A stretch of 60,824 nucleotides of DNA from Myxococcota bacterium (GTDB lineage Bacteria; Myxococcota; XYA12-FULL-58-9; JALHOP01): assembly GCA_041288095.1 (NCBI GenBank), contig JBGGMJ010000047.1, positions 1 to 60,824 on the forward strand, in the 5' to 3' direction. The translations under genes were made by a program, and so were the position numbers. The first letter of the stretch is position 1. Each line of letters begins with the position of its first letter. The notes under the pieces were generated by a model. That model was not told the origin of the DNA, did not search any database, and was given only the letters and a program-made list of their open reading frames with translations. Below are positions 20,267-29,312 of the stretch, piece after piece.

Positions 20267-20322
20267 GACGCCTCGACTCGTTCGATCGCAAGGCGCTCCA
20301 CGTCGCGCCGTTTGCGACCCCG

Positions 20323-20349
20323 TTATCGGTCGCGCCTAGGTCAGGTTGC
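20323..20349 (-). promoter_or_regulatory. sigma28-like promoter
   Basis: GCAA-N15-ACCGATAA on minus strand, about 57 nt upstream of the 20266 start. Confidence 0.6.
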
Positions 20350-20853
20350 GTTGCGCCCTGTGACACGGACGAGACGAGGGAGCTGACGTGACTGCACCGC
20401 AGGGTGCTCGCCTTGGCGCCGAGGAGCCTGCTCTCCCGGCAGGGTCAGTCCTAGGAGGCCGTTCTTGCGGACGATGGTTGCGCGAACGCCGGCGGCCGCC
20501 TGCTCGAAGGCAAGGTTGATTTTCGGCAACAGGCTGGCTGCCTCACGCCCCTCACGGACCAGGGGCGGCTCGACCAGCCAAGGAGAAAGCGTTCCGATAT
20601 CGTGGACAATCCCGGTCGTCGCGACGACGAAGCAACGCTGATTGCGGGCGGCGGCGGCGCCCGTTTCGGCGTCGAAACCTCGGAGAGCACGGGCGCGCCA
20701 GGTCGCTGCGCGGCTGATCTTCTCTTCTGGATCGACGATGTCTCGAAGGGCCAACCTCATGCGCTCGAACTGCGCGACCCTGCGTAGCGAGCCCAGCTCA
20801 GCCTCGGTCGCGCGTTGCGTCGCCGAGACGCGTTCATGGGGGCTCAATCTCAC
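20341..20853 (-). CDS. Hypothetical protein (170 aa)
   Basis: ORF packed 6 bp behind the upstream gene on the same strand. Confidence 0.55.
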   Translation of the reverse strand: MRLSPHERVSATQRATEAELGSLRRVAQFERMRLALRDIVDPEEKISRAATWRARALRGFDAETGAAAARNQRCFVVATTGIVHDIGTLSPWLVEPPLVREGREAASLLPKINLAFEQAAAGVRATIVRKNGLLGLTLPGEQAPRRQGEHPAVQSRQLPRLVRVTGRNAT

Positions 20854-20859
20854 GGCCGT

Positions 20860-21543
20860 CTAGGTGCCTCCGTGGATTTTCCCGGTGCTTGGGTCATCGT
20901 CCGGCACAGTCGGCCGATCGGGAATTTTCGCCCCGGCCTCCGCGAGATCGGCCTGCGCGGCTTGCACCCCAGCCTTTGCGGCGCCGTAGGCCGGGCGCTG
21001 CTCGAGCGCCGCCTCGCCGGTAGCTTCGATCAATGCGGGTGTCGGCCGCCCCATGAGGAGTCGGCTGAGGATGGCGTGAGCGTCCGAGAAGATGAGGGAA
21101 ATGCCGTGCAGACCATGCCGAGCCGTCTCGGAGGCGGCACGTGAGTCTTGGTGATGGCGTGCGCGGACGTCTTCGAGCAGGTCGCGGTCGTAGAACTTCG
21201 AATGGCGCAAGATGTCCGTCTGCGCTGTCGTGACGTTCGCGGCCCGCTTCGCAGCTTCCACCGCGCTGCCGGCCCGAGCCCTGCTCATCGCGTGCGAGAC
21301 CTGATTGGTGCGCGAGATCACGGCCGCACCGGCCGCGTCGCTCTCGACGGGGATAGGAAGCATTCCTTGGGACACCCCAACTGCTTCCATGAGCTCGGAA
21401 TGGCGCGCAGCCGCGGGGTCGACCGCGGAGCTTGGAGGATGATTGTCGCGTCGCGTTGCCCGCTGCATGGCGCCTACCTCGGCATCAAGACCGGTTCCGC
21501 TGGACACGAGGCGCCCGACGGGTGCGCGTCGACTGACGCGCAC
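20860..21543 (-). CDS. Hypothetical Ala-rich helical protein (227 aa)
   Basis: Fills the space in a co-directional cluster; S/P/R-rich N-terminus, no Sec signal. Confidence 0.6.
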   Translation of the reverse strand: MRVSRRAPVGRLVSSGTGLDAEVGAMQRATRRDNHPPSSAVDPAAARHSELMEAVGVSQGMLPIPVESDAAGAAVISRTNQVSHAMSRARAGSAVEAAKRAANVTTAQTDILRHSKFYDRDLLEDVRARHHQDSRAASETARHGLHGISLIFSDAHAILSRLLMGRPTPALIEATGEAALEQRPAYGAAKAGVQAAQADLAEAGAKIPDRPTVPDDDPSTGKIHGGT

Positions 21544-21574
21544 CCTCGAGACGCTCGAGTCATTTGCCTCGCTA

Positions 21575-22246
21575 CTAGACCTGCTTGTCAGTCTTCTCGG
21601 CCGGCTTGACGGCTTCGGCTACGACATGACCCTCGCCCTGTGGGGCGGCTGGCTCGCCGGTAGCGGCGTGTTGCTCACCGCTCGCGGGAGCGTGCTCGGC
21701 AGCCTCTTGAGTCGCCGGAACCGGCGCCGGCGGCGGCTCGGACGGAGCCTCGGGGGGCAGCGGCGGAACGGTGACTTCGATCTCGCCGTAGGCCGTCTCG
21801 AGGGGCTGCGAGTAGGCGGCTTTGACACCGGCAACGAAAGCCTCGTTGGCGCCCGGGAAACCCTCGAACACCTTGGCTGCTTCAGCGCTGCGCGACAGAT
21901 CAGCGATGACGCCCTGAATGATGATCGCGGTGGTCGCCTTGGCGAGCGCGTCGGCGCCCAACGCTTGCGCGTTCGGGTGCGCTTGGAGAATCGCGCGGGC
22001 CGCTGCCGCCGCTTGCGCGCGGATGAAGGCGGTCACGCCGTCCTTCAACGCGGTCTCGGCAAAGCCGCTCTTCTTGGCCAGGCCGTTGAGCATCTCGAAC
22101 GTGCTCTTGACCTTGTCTGTCTCGGCTACCGCGGTGGCTTTGACGCCGCCGCCGATGCTGTCGAGCTTGGCGTACGCCTTGTTGGCTTCTTCTTCAAAGT
22201 TGAGCCGAAGCGAAGCGCTCGGCTGATTTCCGGAAACTGCATCCAT
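21575..22246 (-). CDS. Hypothetical helical protein with Pro/Glu-rich tail (223 aa)
   Basis: AGAGG RBS 7 nt before ATG 22246 (MDAVSGNQPSAS…). Confidence 0.75.
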   Translation of the reverse strand: MDAVSGNQPSASLRLNFEEEANKAYAKLDSIGGGVKATAVAETDKVKSTFEMLNGLAKKSGFAETALKDGVTAFIRAQAAAAARAILQAHPNAQALGADALAKATTAIIIQGVIADLSRSAEAAKVFEGFPGANEAFVAGVKAAYSQPLETAYGEIEVTVPPLPPEAPSEPPPAPVPATQEAAEHAPASGEQHAATGEPAAPQGEGHVVAEAVKPAEKTDKQV

Positions 22247-22290
22247 AGCAAAACCTCTTTGCGTCAGTTGTTGCGGCTCAGGCGAGCAAG

Positions 22291-22317
22291 TTATCGAGCC
22301 TGACACGCTGACGTTGC
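22291..22317 (-). promoter_or_regulatory. sigma28-like promoter
   Basis: GCAA-N15-CTCGATAA on minus strand; GCTCGATAACTT repeated exactly 60 bp upstream (22348-22359). Confidence 0.6.
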
Positions 22318-22411
22318 GCCAAAGAGGGCGGGCAGATTGTCTTTTGTAAGTTATCGAGCGTCGGCAAACCCGCGTCCTGTCTGGCCGCCCTGACAAGTGT
22401 GCATGTTCCCG

Positions 22412-22427
22412 AGTGATTTCGATCACA
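22412..22427. promoter_or_regulatory. CRP-type binding site
   Basis: AGTGA-TTTCGA-TCACA, 9/10 match to TGTGA-N6-TCACA, intergenic. Confidence 0.55.
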
Positions 22428-22456
22428 GGTGCGCGTGACGCCGTGAAACCGCGGCC

Positions 22457-23656
22457 TTAGCGCATCGGGCGGGGCTCAATCCACGGGCTTGGCCGCACTG
22501 CGTCGAGCACCGGTACGCTCTTGCAGACATCGCTCAGCTCGAAAATCGACAGCATTTCTGGAGCCGTGGTCCGGCGGCTGAAGAGGGCGGCGTCGAGGCG
22601 CGCATCCGCGACCAGCCCATCGCAGGCCCGTCGCATGTGATTCCAGAACATGATGGGGTCGCAATGCACGCGCACCGAGCCGCTCGTTGGCAGCGCCTCC
22701 TCGACGATGATGCCGCGCTCGGGCGCCGTAACGAAGGCGATGTGCTCGCAGCGTGAAAAAGCATCGAACATGTCGAGCGAGAGGAAGCGGCCCTCCCCGG
22801 TGAGCGCGGAGTCGCCGGGGTAGAAGGCGGGCGTGAGCTGGCAGAACGCGAAGACGGCGGCGAACGCATAGGCGCGTCGTGTCGCGCGTCCGCTGAAGAA
22901 GTCACCAAAGTCCAAGCTAGCGCCGGCACGCCAGGCAAGCGGGAAGACGCTGAGCAAGCACGCCATCACCAGCGGGTAGAAGTAGCCGACGATGTGCCAG
23001 GAGAACGCGTGGAACATCGCGAGCTGCGCGAGCGTCGCCCAGCGCACCCACCGATGCCGCGATAGCAGACCGAAGACCAGCACGAGCTCGAGGACGACGA
23101 CGTAGGCCAAAGCGAAGCGCTCGAGCAGCGTCCCGGCGAGGACGCTGGGGCGGATCATCGCCGCTCCGGACAACCACTCCACGTTGATCTTGAGCACGCC
23201 TGCGCCCACGTAGAACGCGACCAGCGCCGTCTGCGCCACATCGAGCCGGCGCGGTGCCATCAAGTAGGCGATCGTGGCCATGAGCGGCATGTCGTGGAAG
23301 TTGCCCATGAACCTGAAGTCCTGGGCGATCACCCCGAGCTTCACGACCGTGAGCAGGGCGAGACCGCCAAGAGCCACGCGGCGAAAGCGGCGGGTTAGGA
23401 ACAGGGCAACGACCAGCGCCGCGCACATCGCATAGATGGCGAGCCCGGTGTCCGCGAATGCGCGCAATAGCGGACGATACGCCTCGCAGTCCGGGAGCTG
23501 CGGCCAGCAGATGGCGCCGTCACGCTTGGCGATACGCGGCAGCATCTCTCGCCAGAAGTAGACGGTGAGGAGATGGGTCGCGGTGAGCGCGGCCCCGAAC
23601 CATGCGGACGCGGTGTCCGCACCGCGTGATTCAGCCGCCGTCACCGTCGCCGTCAC
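22457..23656 (-). CDS. HTTM-domain / vitamin-K-dependent gamma-carboxylase-like membrane protein
   Basis: Multi-TM; GNFHDM, FYVGAGVLKINVEWLSG, FHAFSWH, GEGRFLSLDMF; GGAGG RBS before GTG 23656. Confidence 0.7.
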   Translation of the reverse strand: MTATVTAAESRGADTASAWFGAALTATHLLTVYFWREMLPRIAKRDGAICWPQLPDCEAYRPLLRAFADTGLAIYAMCAALVVALFLTRRFRRVALGGLALLTVVKLGVIAQDFRFMGNFHDMPLMATIAYLMAPRRLDVAQTALVAFYVGAGVLKINVEWLSGAAMIRPSVLAGTLLERFALAYVVVLELVLVFGLLSRHRWVRWATLAQLAMFHAFSWHIVGYFYPLVMACLLSVFPLAWRAGASLDFGDFFSGRATRRAYAFAAVFAFCQLTPAFYPGDSALTGEGRFLSLDMFDAFSRCEHIAFVTAPERGIIVEEALPTSGSVRVHCDPIMFWNHMRRACDGLVADARLDAALFSRRTTAPEMLSIFELSDVCKSVPVLDAVRPSPWIEPRPMR

Positions 23657-26018
23657 CGCCGCCTCCACAAGCGCACGAACCGCTGCAGCAGTAGTAGATG
23701 CCGCCGGCGCAGGGCGTGAAGTCGGGCGCGGACGCATCGCCGGGGCAGGCGTGGCTTGCGCCATTGCAGTACTCGACGGCGTCGCATTCCTGCGCCGCGC
23801 CTCGGCACGCGACGCTCGGTGGTTGCACGTTGTCGGGACAGGCGAATGACGAGCCGTTGCAGTAGTCGGCGACATCGCACACGTTGTCGGCGTTGCGACA
23901 GAGGGTGCCATTGGGTCTCGGCGCGCTCGCCGGGCAGGCGGGGCCGCCGCTCGTGCAGTAGGCCGCTTGCTCGCATGGCTGCCCAGGCGAGCGGCAGAGC
24001 GTGCTGCCGTTGTAGAGCGCGTCGCCGGGGCAGGCCGGCGAGCCACCGCTGCACACCTCTTGTGGATCGCATGGACCCGCCGAGCCCCGGCAGACCGTGG
24101 CGCCGCCATAGAGCGTGTTCCCTGGGCAATCGACGCCGCCGTTGCAGGTCTCGGCGGGGTCGCATGGTCCAGCGGACGCGCGGCAAACCTGGCCGGTGAG
24201 GAGCGTGTCGGCGGGACAGGTATTGGCGCTGCCGTTGCACGACTCGGCGACGTCGCACGCTCCAGCGGACGCGCGGCATACGCTGCCCGCGGGAACCTTG
24301 GCGTCCGCTGGACAAGCAGTGCTGCCTCCGCTGCAGGTCTCGGCCGGATCACATACTCCGCCCGAGCCGCGGCAGACGGTGCCCGGCGGGTAAAGGGTAT
24401 CGCCGGGACACGCCGGCGACGAGCCGCTGCAAACCTCTTGCGGGTCGCACGCTCCGCCGGAAGCCCGGCAAACCGTGCCGCCGCCGGTGAGCACGTCCGC
24501 CGGACACGCGACCGAGCCGCCGCACACTTCCGCTGGGTCGCAGCCGCCGGCCGACGCTCGGCAAACCTGACCTGTGCGCAAGGCGTCTGACGGGCAACTG
24601 TCGGCCGCACCGTTGCAGTACTCGTCGGCGTCGCAGGCTCCGGCCGATGCTCGGCACACCGTCGTCGCCGGAGACTTGCTATCGAGAGGACACTGGCCGC
24701 TGCTGCCGTTGCACGTCTCCTGGGGATCGCAGGCACCGGCCGACCCACGACACGACGTCCCCGCCGCGACCAGCGTATCGGCGGGACACTGCGCCCGGTC
24801 GCCGGCGCACTGCTCGGCGACGTCGCATGCGCCGCTCACCGGGCGGCAGGTCGTCTCCGCGCCGCGGAAGCCGTCCGCCGGGCAGCCGACGTTCACGCCG
24901 TCGCAGGTCTCGGCGAGGTCGCAGGGACCGGACGAGGGTCGACAAATCGTGCCGCTGCCTTTGCCCGCGCAGGGTTGCGGGGCATTACAGTCGGCGGCGC
25001 AAACGCCGCTGCAGCATTGCTCGGTCGGCGCGCAGATCGACGTCAGCACGCACGCGTTGGCCACGCACTCGGCGCGCTGGCAAGGACCCGCGAAACAGTT
25101 GTCGGGCCCGCACGGCGGCGGTGTGCAACCGGTGAGCGCGCTAGCCTCGTTCGCGAAAGGATCGCAGGCGCCCGCGCCGCACAAGCTCGAGTCGGGTAGG
25201 TTGCTGCAACCGCCGCCGAAGCAAGCGTCGAGTGTACAGCGGATCGCATCGTCGCAATCCTCGGGGCCGTCGCACTCGGGCATGCGCGCGACGCAGCCGG
25301 CGGGCAGCCGACAATCCATGCCAGCGCCGCACAGCGCGTCGTCGGCTCGCTCGATGCATGTGCCTTCGACGCAGGCGACGCGCGCGCAGGCAACGCCGGG
25401 CTCACAATCGTCGTCGCTCCCGCAAGTCGCCGGCCCGCACGCCGAAGGGTCCAAAGAGCTGCAGCTCGGGGTCACGCATCGTCCGTCATGGCAGACAGTG
25501 GCGTCGAGGGAGTCGCCCGACGAGGGGCACGACATCAGGGTGCAGGAGCGCGTGAGCACCAGCGTTACGTCGGTGTCGGTGCGCACGAAGACGCGGACCT
25601 GCCGGTCCATGATGACGTCGCCGTCCTTGGCGAGCGCGACGCGCGCCGTTCTCATGCCTTCCCGGAGCGCGACGAAGGTGGCGATCGGCCTCGCCTTGTC
25701 GAAGTGCATGGCGACGGTGAGCGGGTAGACGACCTCCGAGCCGTCCTCGAGGATCGTGTGGAGCGCATCGAAGTCGACGACGGGCGCTAGATCGCTTACG
25801 ACGTTGACGGTGAGCACGGCGCTGTACGTGTATGGGGAGTCGTCGATGATGTCGTCGATGGAGCAGCTCGCCGAGCACCTACCGTCGCAGCAGGACTGGC
25901 CGCTCGGACAGTTACCGTCGTTCAGGCACGAGTCTCCCTCGGAGGAGACGAGCTGGCCGATGCCGCAGCCGACGGCGAGCAACAAGCCAGCAATTGTACA
26001 GACGCGGCGCGCTCGCAT
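23631..26018 (-). CDS. Cys-rich lipoprotein with 13 tandem disintegrin-like repeats
   Basis: Lipobox LAVGC; repeats of CRxxxGxCDxxExCxGxxxxCPxD. Confidence 0.88.
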   Translation of the reverse strand: MRARRVCTIAGLLLAVGCGIGQLVSSEGDSCLNDGNCPSGQSCCDGRCSASCSIDDIIDDSPYTYSAVLTVNVVSDLAPVVDFDALHTILEDGSEVVYPLTVAMHFDKARPIATFVALREGMRTARVALAKDGDVIMDRQVRVFVRTDTDVTLVLTRSCTLMSCPSSGDSLDATVCHDGRCVTPSCSSLDPSACGPATCGSDDDCEPGVACARVACVEGTCIERADDALCGAGMDCRLPAGCVARMPECDGPEDCDDAIRCTLDACFGGGCSNLPDSSLCGAGACDPFANEASALTGCTPPPCGPDNCFAGPCQRAECVANACVLTSICAPTEQCCSGVCAADCNAPQPCAGKGSGTICRPSSGPCDLAETCDGVNVGCPADGFRGAETTCRPVSGACDVAEQCAGDRAQCPADTLVAAGTSCRGSAGACDPQETCNGSSGQCPLDSKSPATTVCRASAGACDADEYCNGAADSCPSDALRTGQVCRASAGGCDPAEVCGGSVACPADVLTGGGTVCRASGGACDPQEVCSGSSPACPGDTLYPPGTVCRGSGGVCDPAETCSGGSTACPADAKVPAGSVCRASAGACDVAESCNGSANTCPADTLLTGQVCRASAGPCDPAETCNGGVDCPGNTLYGGATVCRGSAGPCDPQEVCSGGSPACPGDALYNGSTLCRSPGQPCEQAAYCTSGGPACPASAPRPNGTLCRNADNVCDVADYCNGSSFACPDNVQPPSVACRGAAQECDAVEYCNGASHACPGDASAPDFTPCAGGIYYCCSGSCACGGGGDGDGDGG
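23715..24944 (-). repeat. 13 tandem approx. 93-96 bp coding repeats (disintegrin-like)
   Basis: Counted from the translation; units 4-6 and 8-10 look like a higher-order duplication. Confidence 0.85.
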
Positions 26019-26099
26019 CCCTAGAAGCGTACAGCATCCGCCGTCGCGCGGCTGTCGGCGTTCTTCACGCGCGAGCGCGCAGCCGCTTGCAGGTGACCT

Positions 26100-27380
26100 G
26101 TGAGGCTCGCTTTCGGCGTCTACGCCGCTGCTGTCGTGTTGGCAGTGATGTGGGTGTCGGTAGGTCAGCTGGGGTCTTCGCCGAGCCCGAGCGCGCCGCG
26201 GGTCGAGCTCGTGCGCCGCATGCCCGCCTACGAGCCGCGCCCGCTCACGCCCGTGACCTCGGCGTATCGCGTCGACGGCCGCCACTCCGGGGTCAGTACG
26301 AGCGTGGTCCCCTTGCAGCTCGTGGCGACGGCTGTCGGCGCCGGCAACAAAGGCATTCACAGCGCCGCCAAGGGGTCACCCGCCGCCGACGCCAGCGGCT
26401 TTTACGTCGGCACGGACGACGGCCACCTGTACGCTTTCGCGAACGACGGGCATCTCCGCTGGCAGGTCAAGCTCGCGAACGCCGGCCAGGGCGTGCACGG
26501 AACGCCTATGCTCGACGGCGAGCGCGTTTACATCGGCGCCTACAACGGCCGCTTGTATGCGTTCGACAAGAACGACGGCCGGCCGCTCTGGCTCGCCGTG
26601 CTGGGTGATGCCATCGGCGCGTCCCCGACGCCGGACGGCGACGACCTGTTGATTTCCGTCGAAACCAGGGCCCCGAACGGCTACGTCGCGCGCCTGTCGC
26701 GGGCCGATGGCCACGTCGTGTGGCTCTCCGATTGGCTCGGTGAGCAGTCCCACGCCTCGCCGACAGTCGCCGGCGACGCGATCTTTCTCGGTGCCAACAA
26801 CCAAGACTTCTTCGCGCTCGCTCGCTCCGACGGCCATCTCCTATGGCGGACACCAGTCGGAGGCGACGTGAAGGGCACCGCCTGTGTCATTGGTGACGCG
26901 GTCATTGCCATCACCAACGCCGGCACCGCCTTCGCTTTGAGACGTACTGACGGCGGTGTTCTCTGGCGTCGCGAGCTCGGCAGCGAGGGCCGCGGCAGCG
27001 TCTCGTGCCTCGAACAGAGTACGGGCGCCCCCGTATCGGTTGGGCTCGTTTTCGTCACCCTGGGCACGGCGGCCGCGCGCGGGGGCTTCGGCACCTCATA
27101 TGCGCTCGACGCCGCGACCGGCGAAGTGCGCTGGTCGGCTCCCCAAGGCTCTCCCCGCCCGCTCATGAGCCCGCTCGTCGCACCGGACCCTGGCGGCCGG
27201 CTCTTTGCTTGGTTTCGCTGCGACGACACGGCCCTCTGTGCCTACGATGCGTGGAGCGGAGTGCGACTGTCGCACGTCGAGCTCGGCGCGCCTCTCAGCG
27301 GCTCGCCGGTTGTCTATGATGGCGGACTGGTGGTGAGCCTCGACCATCCCGGTGGTATCGTCCGATTGGTGCCCCAATGA
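26100..27380 (+). CDS. PQQ-like (BamB-type) beta-propeller repeat protein
   Basis: Repeated YVGTDDGHLYAF…GHLRW, YIGAYNGRLYAFD…GRPLW, ALDAATGEVRW; N-terminal TM/signal. Confidence 0.88.
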   Translation: MRLAFGVYAAAVVLAVMWVSVGQLGSSPSPSAPRVELVRRMPAYEPRPLTPVTSAYRVDGRHSGVSTSVVPLQLVATAVGAGNKGIHSAAKGSPAADASGFYVGTDDGHLYAFANDGHLRWQVKLANAGQGVHGTPMLDGERVYIGAYNGRLYAFDKNDGRPLWLAVLGDAIGASPTPDGDDLLISVETRAPNGYVARLSRADGHVVWLSDWLGEQSHASPTVAGDAIFLGANNQDFFALARSDGHLLWRTPVGGDVKGTACVIGDAVIAITNAGTAFALRRTDGGVLWRRELGSEGRGSVSCLEQSTGAPVSVGLVFVTLGTAAARGGFGTSYALDAATGEVRWSAPQGSPRPLMSPLVAPDPGGRLFAWFRCDDTALCAYDAWSGVRLSHVELGAPLSGSPVVYDGGLVVSLDHPGGIVRLVPQ

Positions 27381-28123
27381 GAAAGCTCGCGCTTTTCGCA
27401 GTCATGCTCGCTACCGCCGCGGCGGCCGCCTACGCGTTCTGGGACGGCTGGATTCGTTTGAACACGCCGAGCGAGGTCATGTTCCCCGTGCGCGGCATCG
27501 ACGTTTCGCATCATCAAGGCGTGATCGACTGGGAGCGCGTCCGCGCGGCCGGCGTCCGCTTCGCCTACATCAAAGCGAGCGAAGGGGCGGACTTCGTCGA
27601 CGCGAGCTTCGAAGCCAACTGGCGCGGCGCCAAGGCCGCCGGCATCGCTCGCGGCGCCTACCACTTCTTCACGCTGTGTACGCCTGTACGCCCCCAGGTC
27701 GACAACTTCGTCGCCACCGTCTTCGAGGTCGGCGAGCTGCCGCCCGCCCTCGACCTCGAGCTCGGCGGCAACTGCGCCAACCCGCCCGCTGTAGCGGACG
27801 TGAAGGCGATGATCGAAGAGCTCGTGCCGATGATCAGCAAGCGCTTCGGCGAGCCGCCCATCGTCTACACGACGTACGAATTCCGCGAGCTCTACTTGTG
27901 CCCGACCTGCGTCAACGGCTCGCTCCCGCTCTTGTGGATCCGCGACGTCATCTGGAAGCCGCGCCTCACCAACGCCGAGCCCTGGGTGTTCTGGCAACAC
28001 CACAACCGCGGCCGCCTGGACGGCATCGACGGCCCGGTGGATCTCGATGTCTTCCGCGGCGACGTCGCCGCCTTCGGGCGTTATCTCGACGGCCGAAGGC
28101 TCGACATCGTGCGGGGCAAGTAG
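27377..28123 (+). CDS. GH25 lysozyme (muramidase)
   Basis: GIDVSHHQG, FAYIKASEG, RGAYHFF, LDLE, GPVDLDVF; ATGA coupling to upstream gene. Confidence 0.95.
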   Translation: MRKLALFAVMLATAAAAAYAFWDGWIRLNTPSEVMFPVRGIDVSHHQGVIDWERVRAAGVRFAYIKASEGADFVDASFEANWRGAKAAGIARGAYHFFTLCTPVRPQVDNFVATVFEVGELPPALDLELGGNCANPPAVADVKAMIEELVPMISKRFGEPPIVYTTYEFRELYLCPTCVNGSLPLLWIRDVIWKPRLTNAEPWVFWQHHNRGRLDGIDGPVDLDVFRGDVAAFGRYLDGRRLDIVRGK

Positions 28124-28125
28124 CG

Positions 28126-29304
28126 CTACCTGACGATGCCGAGCTCTCGCATCACGTTGGTCGCGACCGTCTCGCCCATCTTGGTGCTGACCATGTCGGA
28201 CAAGTAGCTCAAGCCACCGACGATGCGCGACGCGCGTGCCCCGGACGCCATCGCGAGCCACTGCTTTTTCTTCTCCGGGAAGACCTGGTTGAGCAGGGCG
28301 CTGATCGCACCGCCCTGACCGGCATGAGCGGACGGATACGCCGGCGTGTTCGGGAGTTTCACGGCCTCCTTGATGGGATCGGCGGGCTCGATCTGCCACG
28401 GACGCCGCACAAATCCATTCATCGGGTCGTACTTCGCCTTGAACACGGCGACGTACGCATCGGCACGCGCGGTATGGAAGGCGAACAACAGCTTCGCGGT
28501 CGCTTGCGGGCTCATTTCACGCGCCTTGATTTCCGCGACCAGCACGTCGTTCCACGGCTTCAGGTTCTCCCACTGCTCCGTCGATGCCGCGAAGGACCGG
28601 CCTTGCTCCTTGAGCTCCGGCGTGGCGTCGGTGTCGAGGATCTGCCGCACGTCGTATGAATTGCGTGACAGCCTGTAGTTGATGGCGAAGATGTCCGAGC
28701 CTTCGGCGGGCGGCGGCGGCGCGGTCACCGCGTCATTGGCGGCGGTCCACATGCGAACCGCGCCCCAGCGCGGGCGAAAGGGCGGCTCGTTGGGATCCTT
28801 GGGGACCCATTTGCCCTCGGGGATGGTAATCGGCCGGTCATCGTCACTACCGTCGCCGACGCGCGCCGCGATCGACTTGCCGGCGATCGCCAGCGCCATC
28901 GCTTGATCGATCGGGCTGAGGGGCAAGCCGAGCTTGGCGGCGAAGACGTGAATCGACGCGATCTCGGTGGGAAAGTAGTTGGTCAACACGGCCCCGATTG
29001 CCGCATTGGCGATCGTCGCTTTGTTCGGGCTCGCAAGGGCCAACGCGTTCATCTGCGCTTGCACCGCGACGGCCAGTCGCTGCGCGCCCATGAGATCGTC
29101 GAGACCTACCTTGGTGATGAGCGTCGTCGCGAAGTCGTGCCACGCGATGACGTCGCCGGCGTGCGGAGCCCGCTTGCCGACGCGCTCGACGCGATCGACC
29201 TGACTACTAGTGCTCGGGATTGTCGCCCGCGCCGAAGCCGTCGCGGAGAGTGCGGTTGTGCCGAGAAGCTGCGCGCGAAGCCCGACTGGTCCAAGGGTAT
29301 CCAT
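28126..29304 (-). CDS. Vanadium haloperoxidase/PAP2-superfamily protein lacking the motif-3 His
   Basis: KAKY…RP, PAYPSAHA, SRIVGGLSY. Confidence 0.8.
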   Translation of the reverse strand: MDTLGPVGLRAQLLGTTALSATASARATIPSTSSQVDRVERVGKRAPHAGDVIAWHDFATTLITKVGLDDLMGAQRLAVAVQAQMNALALASPNKATIANAAIGAVLTNYFPTEIASIHVFAAKLGLPLSPIDQAMALAIAGKSIAARVGDGSDDDRPITIPEGKWVPKDPNEPPFRPRWGAVRMWTAANDAVTAPPPPAEGSDIFAINYRLSRNSYDVRQILDTDATPELKEQGRSFAASTEQWENLKPWNDVLVAEIKAREMSPQATAKLLFAFHTARADAYVAVFKAKYDPMNGFVRRPWQIEPADPIKEAVKLPNTPAYPSAHAGQGGAISALLNQVFPEKKKQWLAMASGARASRIVGGLSYLSDMVSTKMGETVATNVMRELGIVR

Positions 29305-29312
29305 GGGACCGA

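Noticed and set aside
23657-24748. Long Arg/Ala-rich N-terminus of the 763-aa ORF
   Set aside because: Alternative-frame read of the Cys-repeat gene; an RBS supports the start at 23656
27377-28123. GH25 lysozyme as a prophage endolysin
   Set aside because: No holin, structural or integrase genes nearby; it has its own N-terminal export/anchor segment
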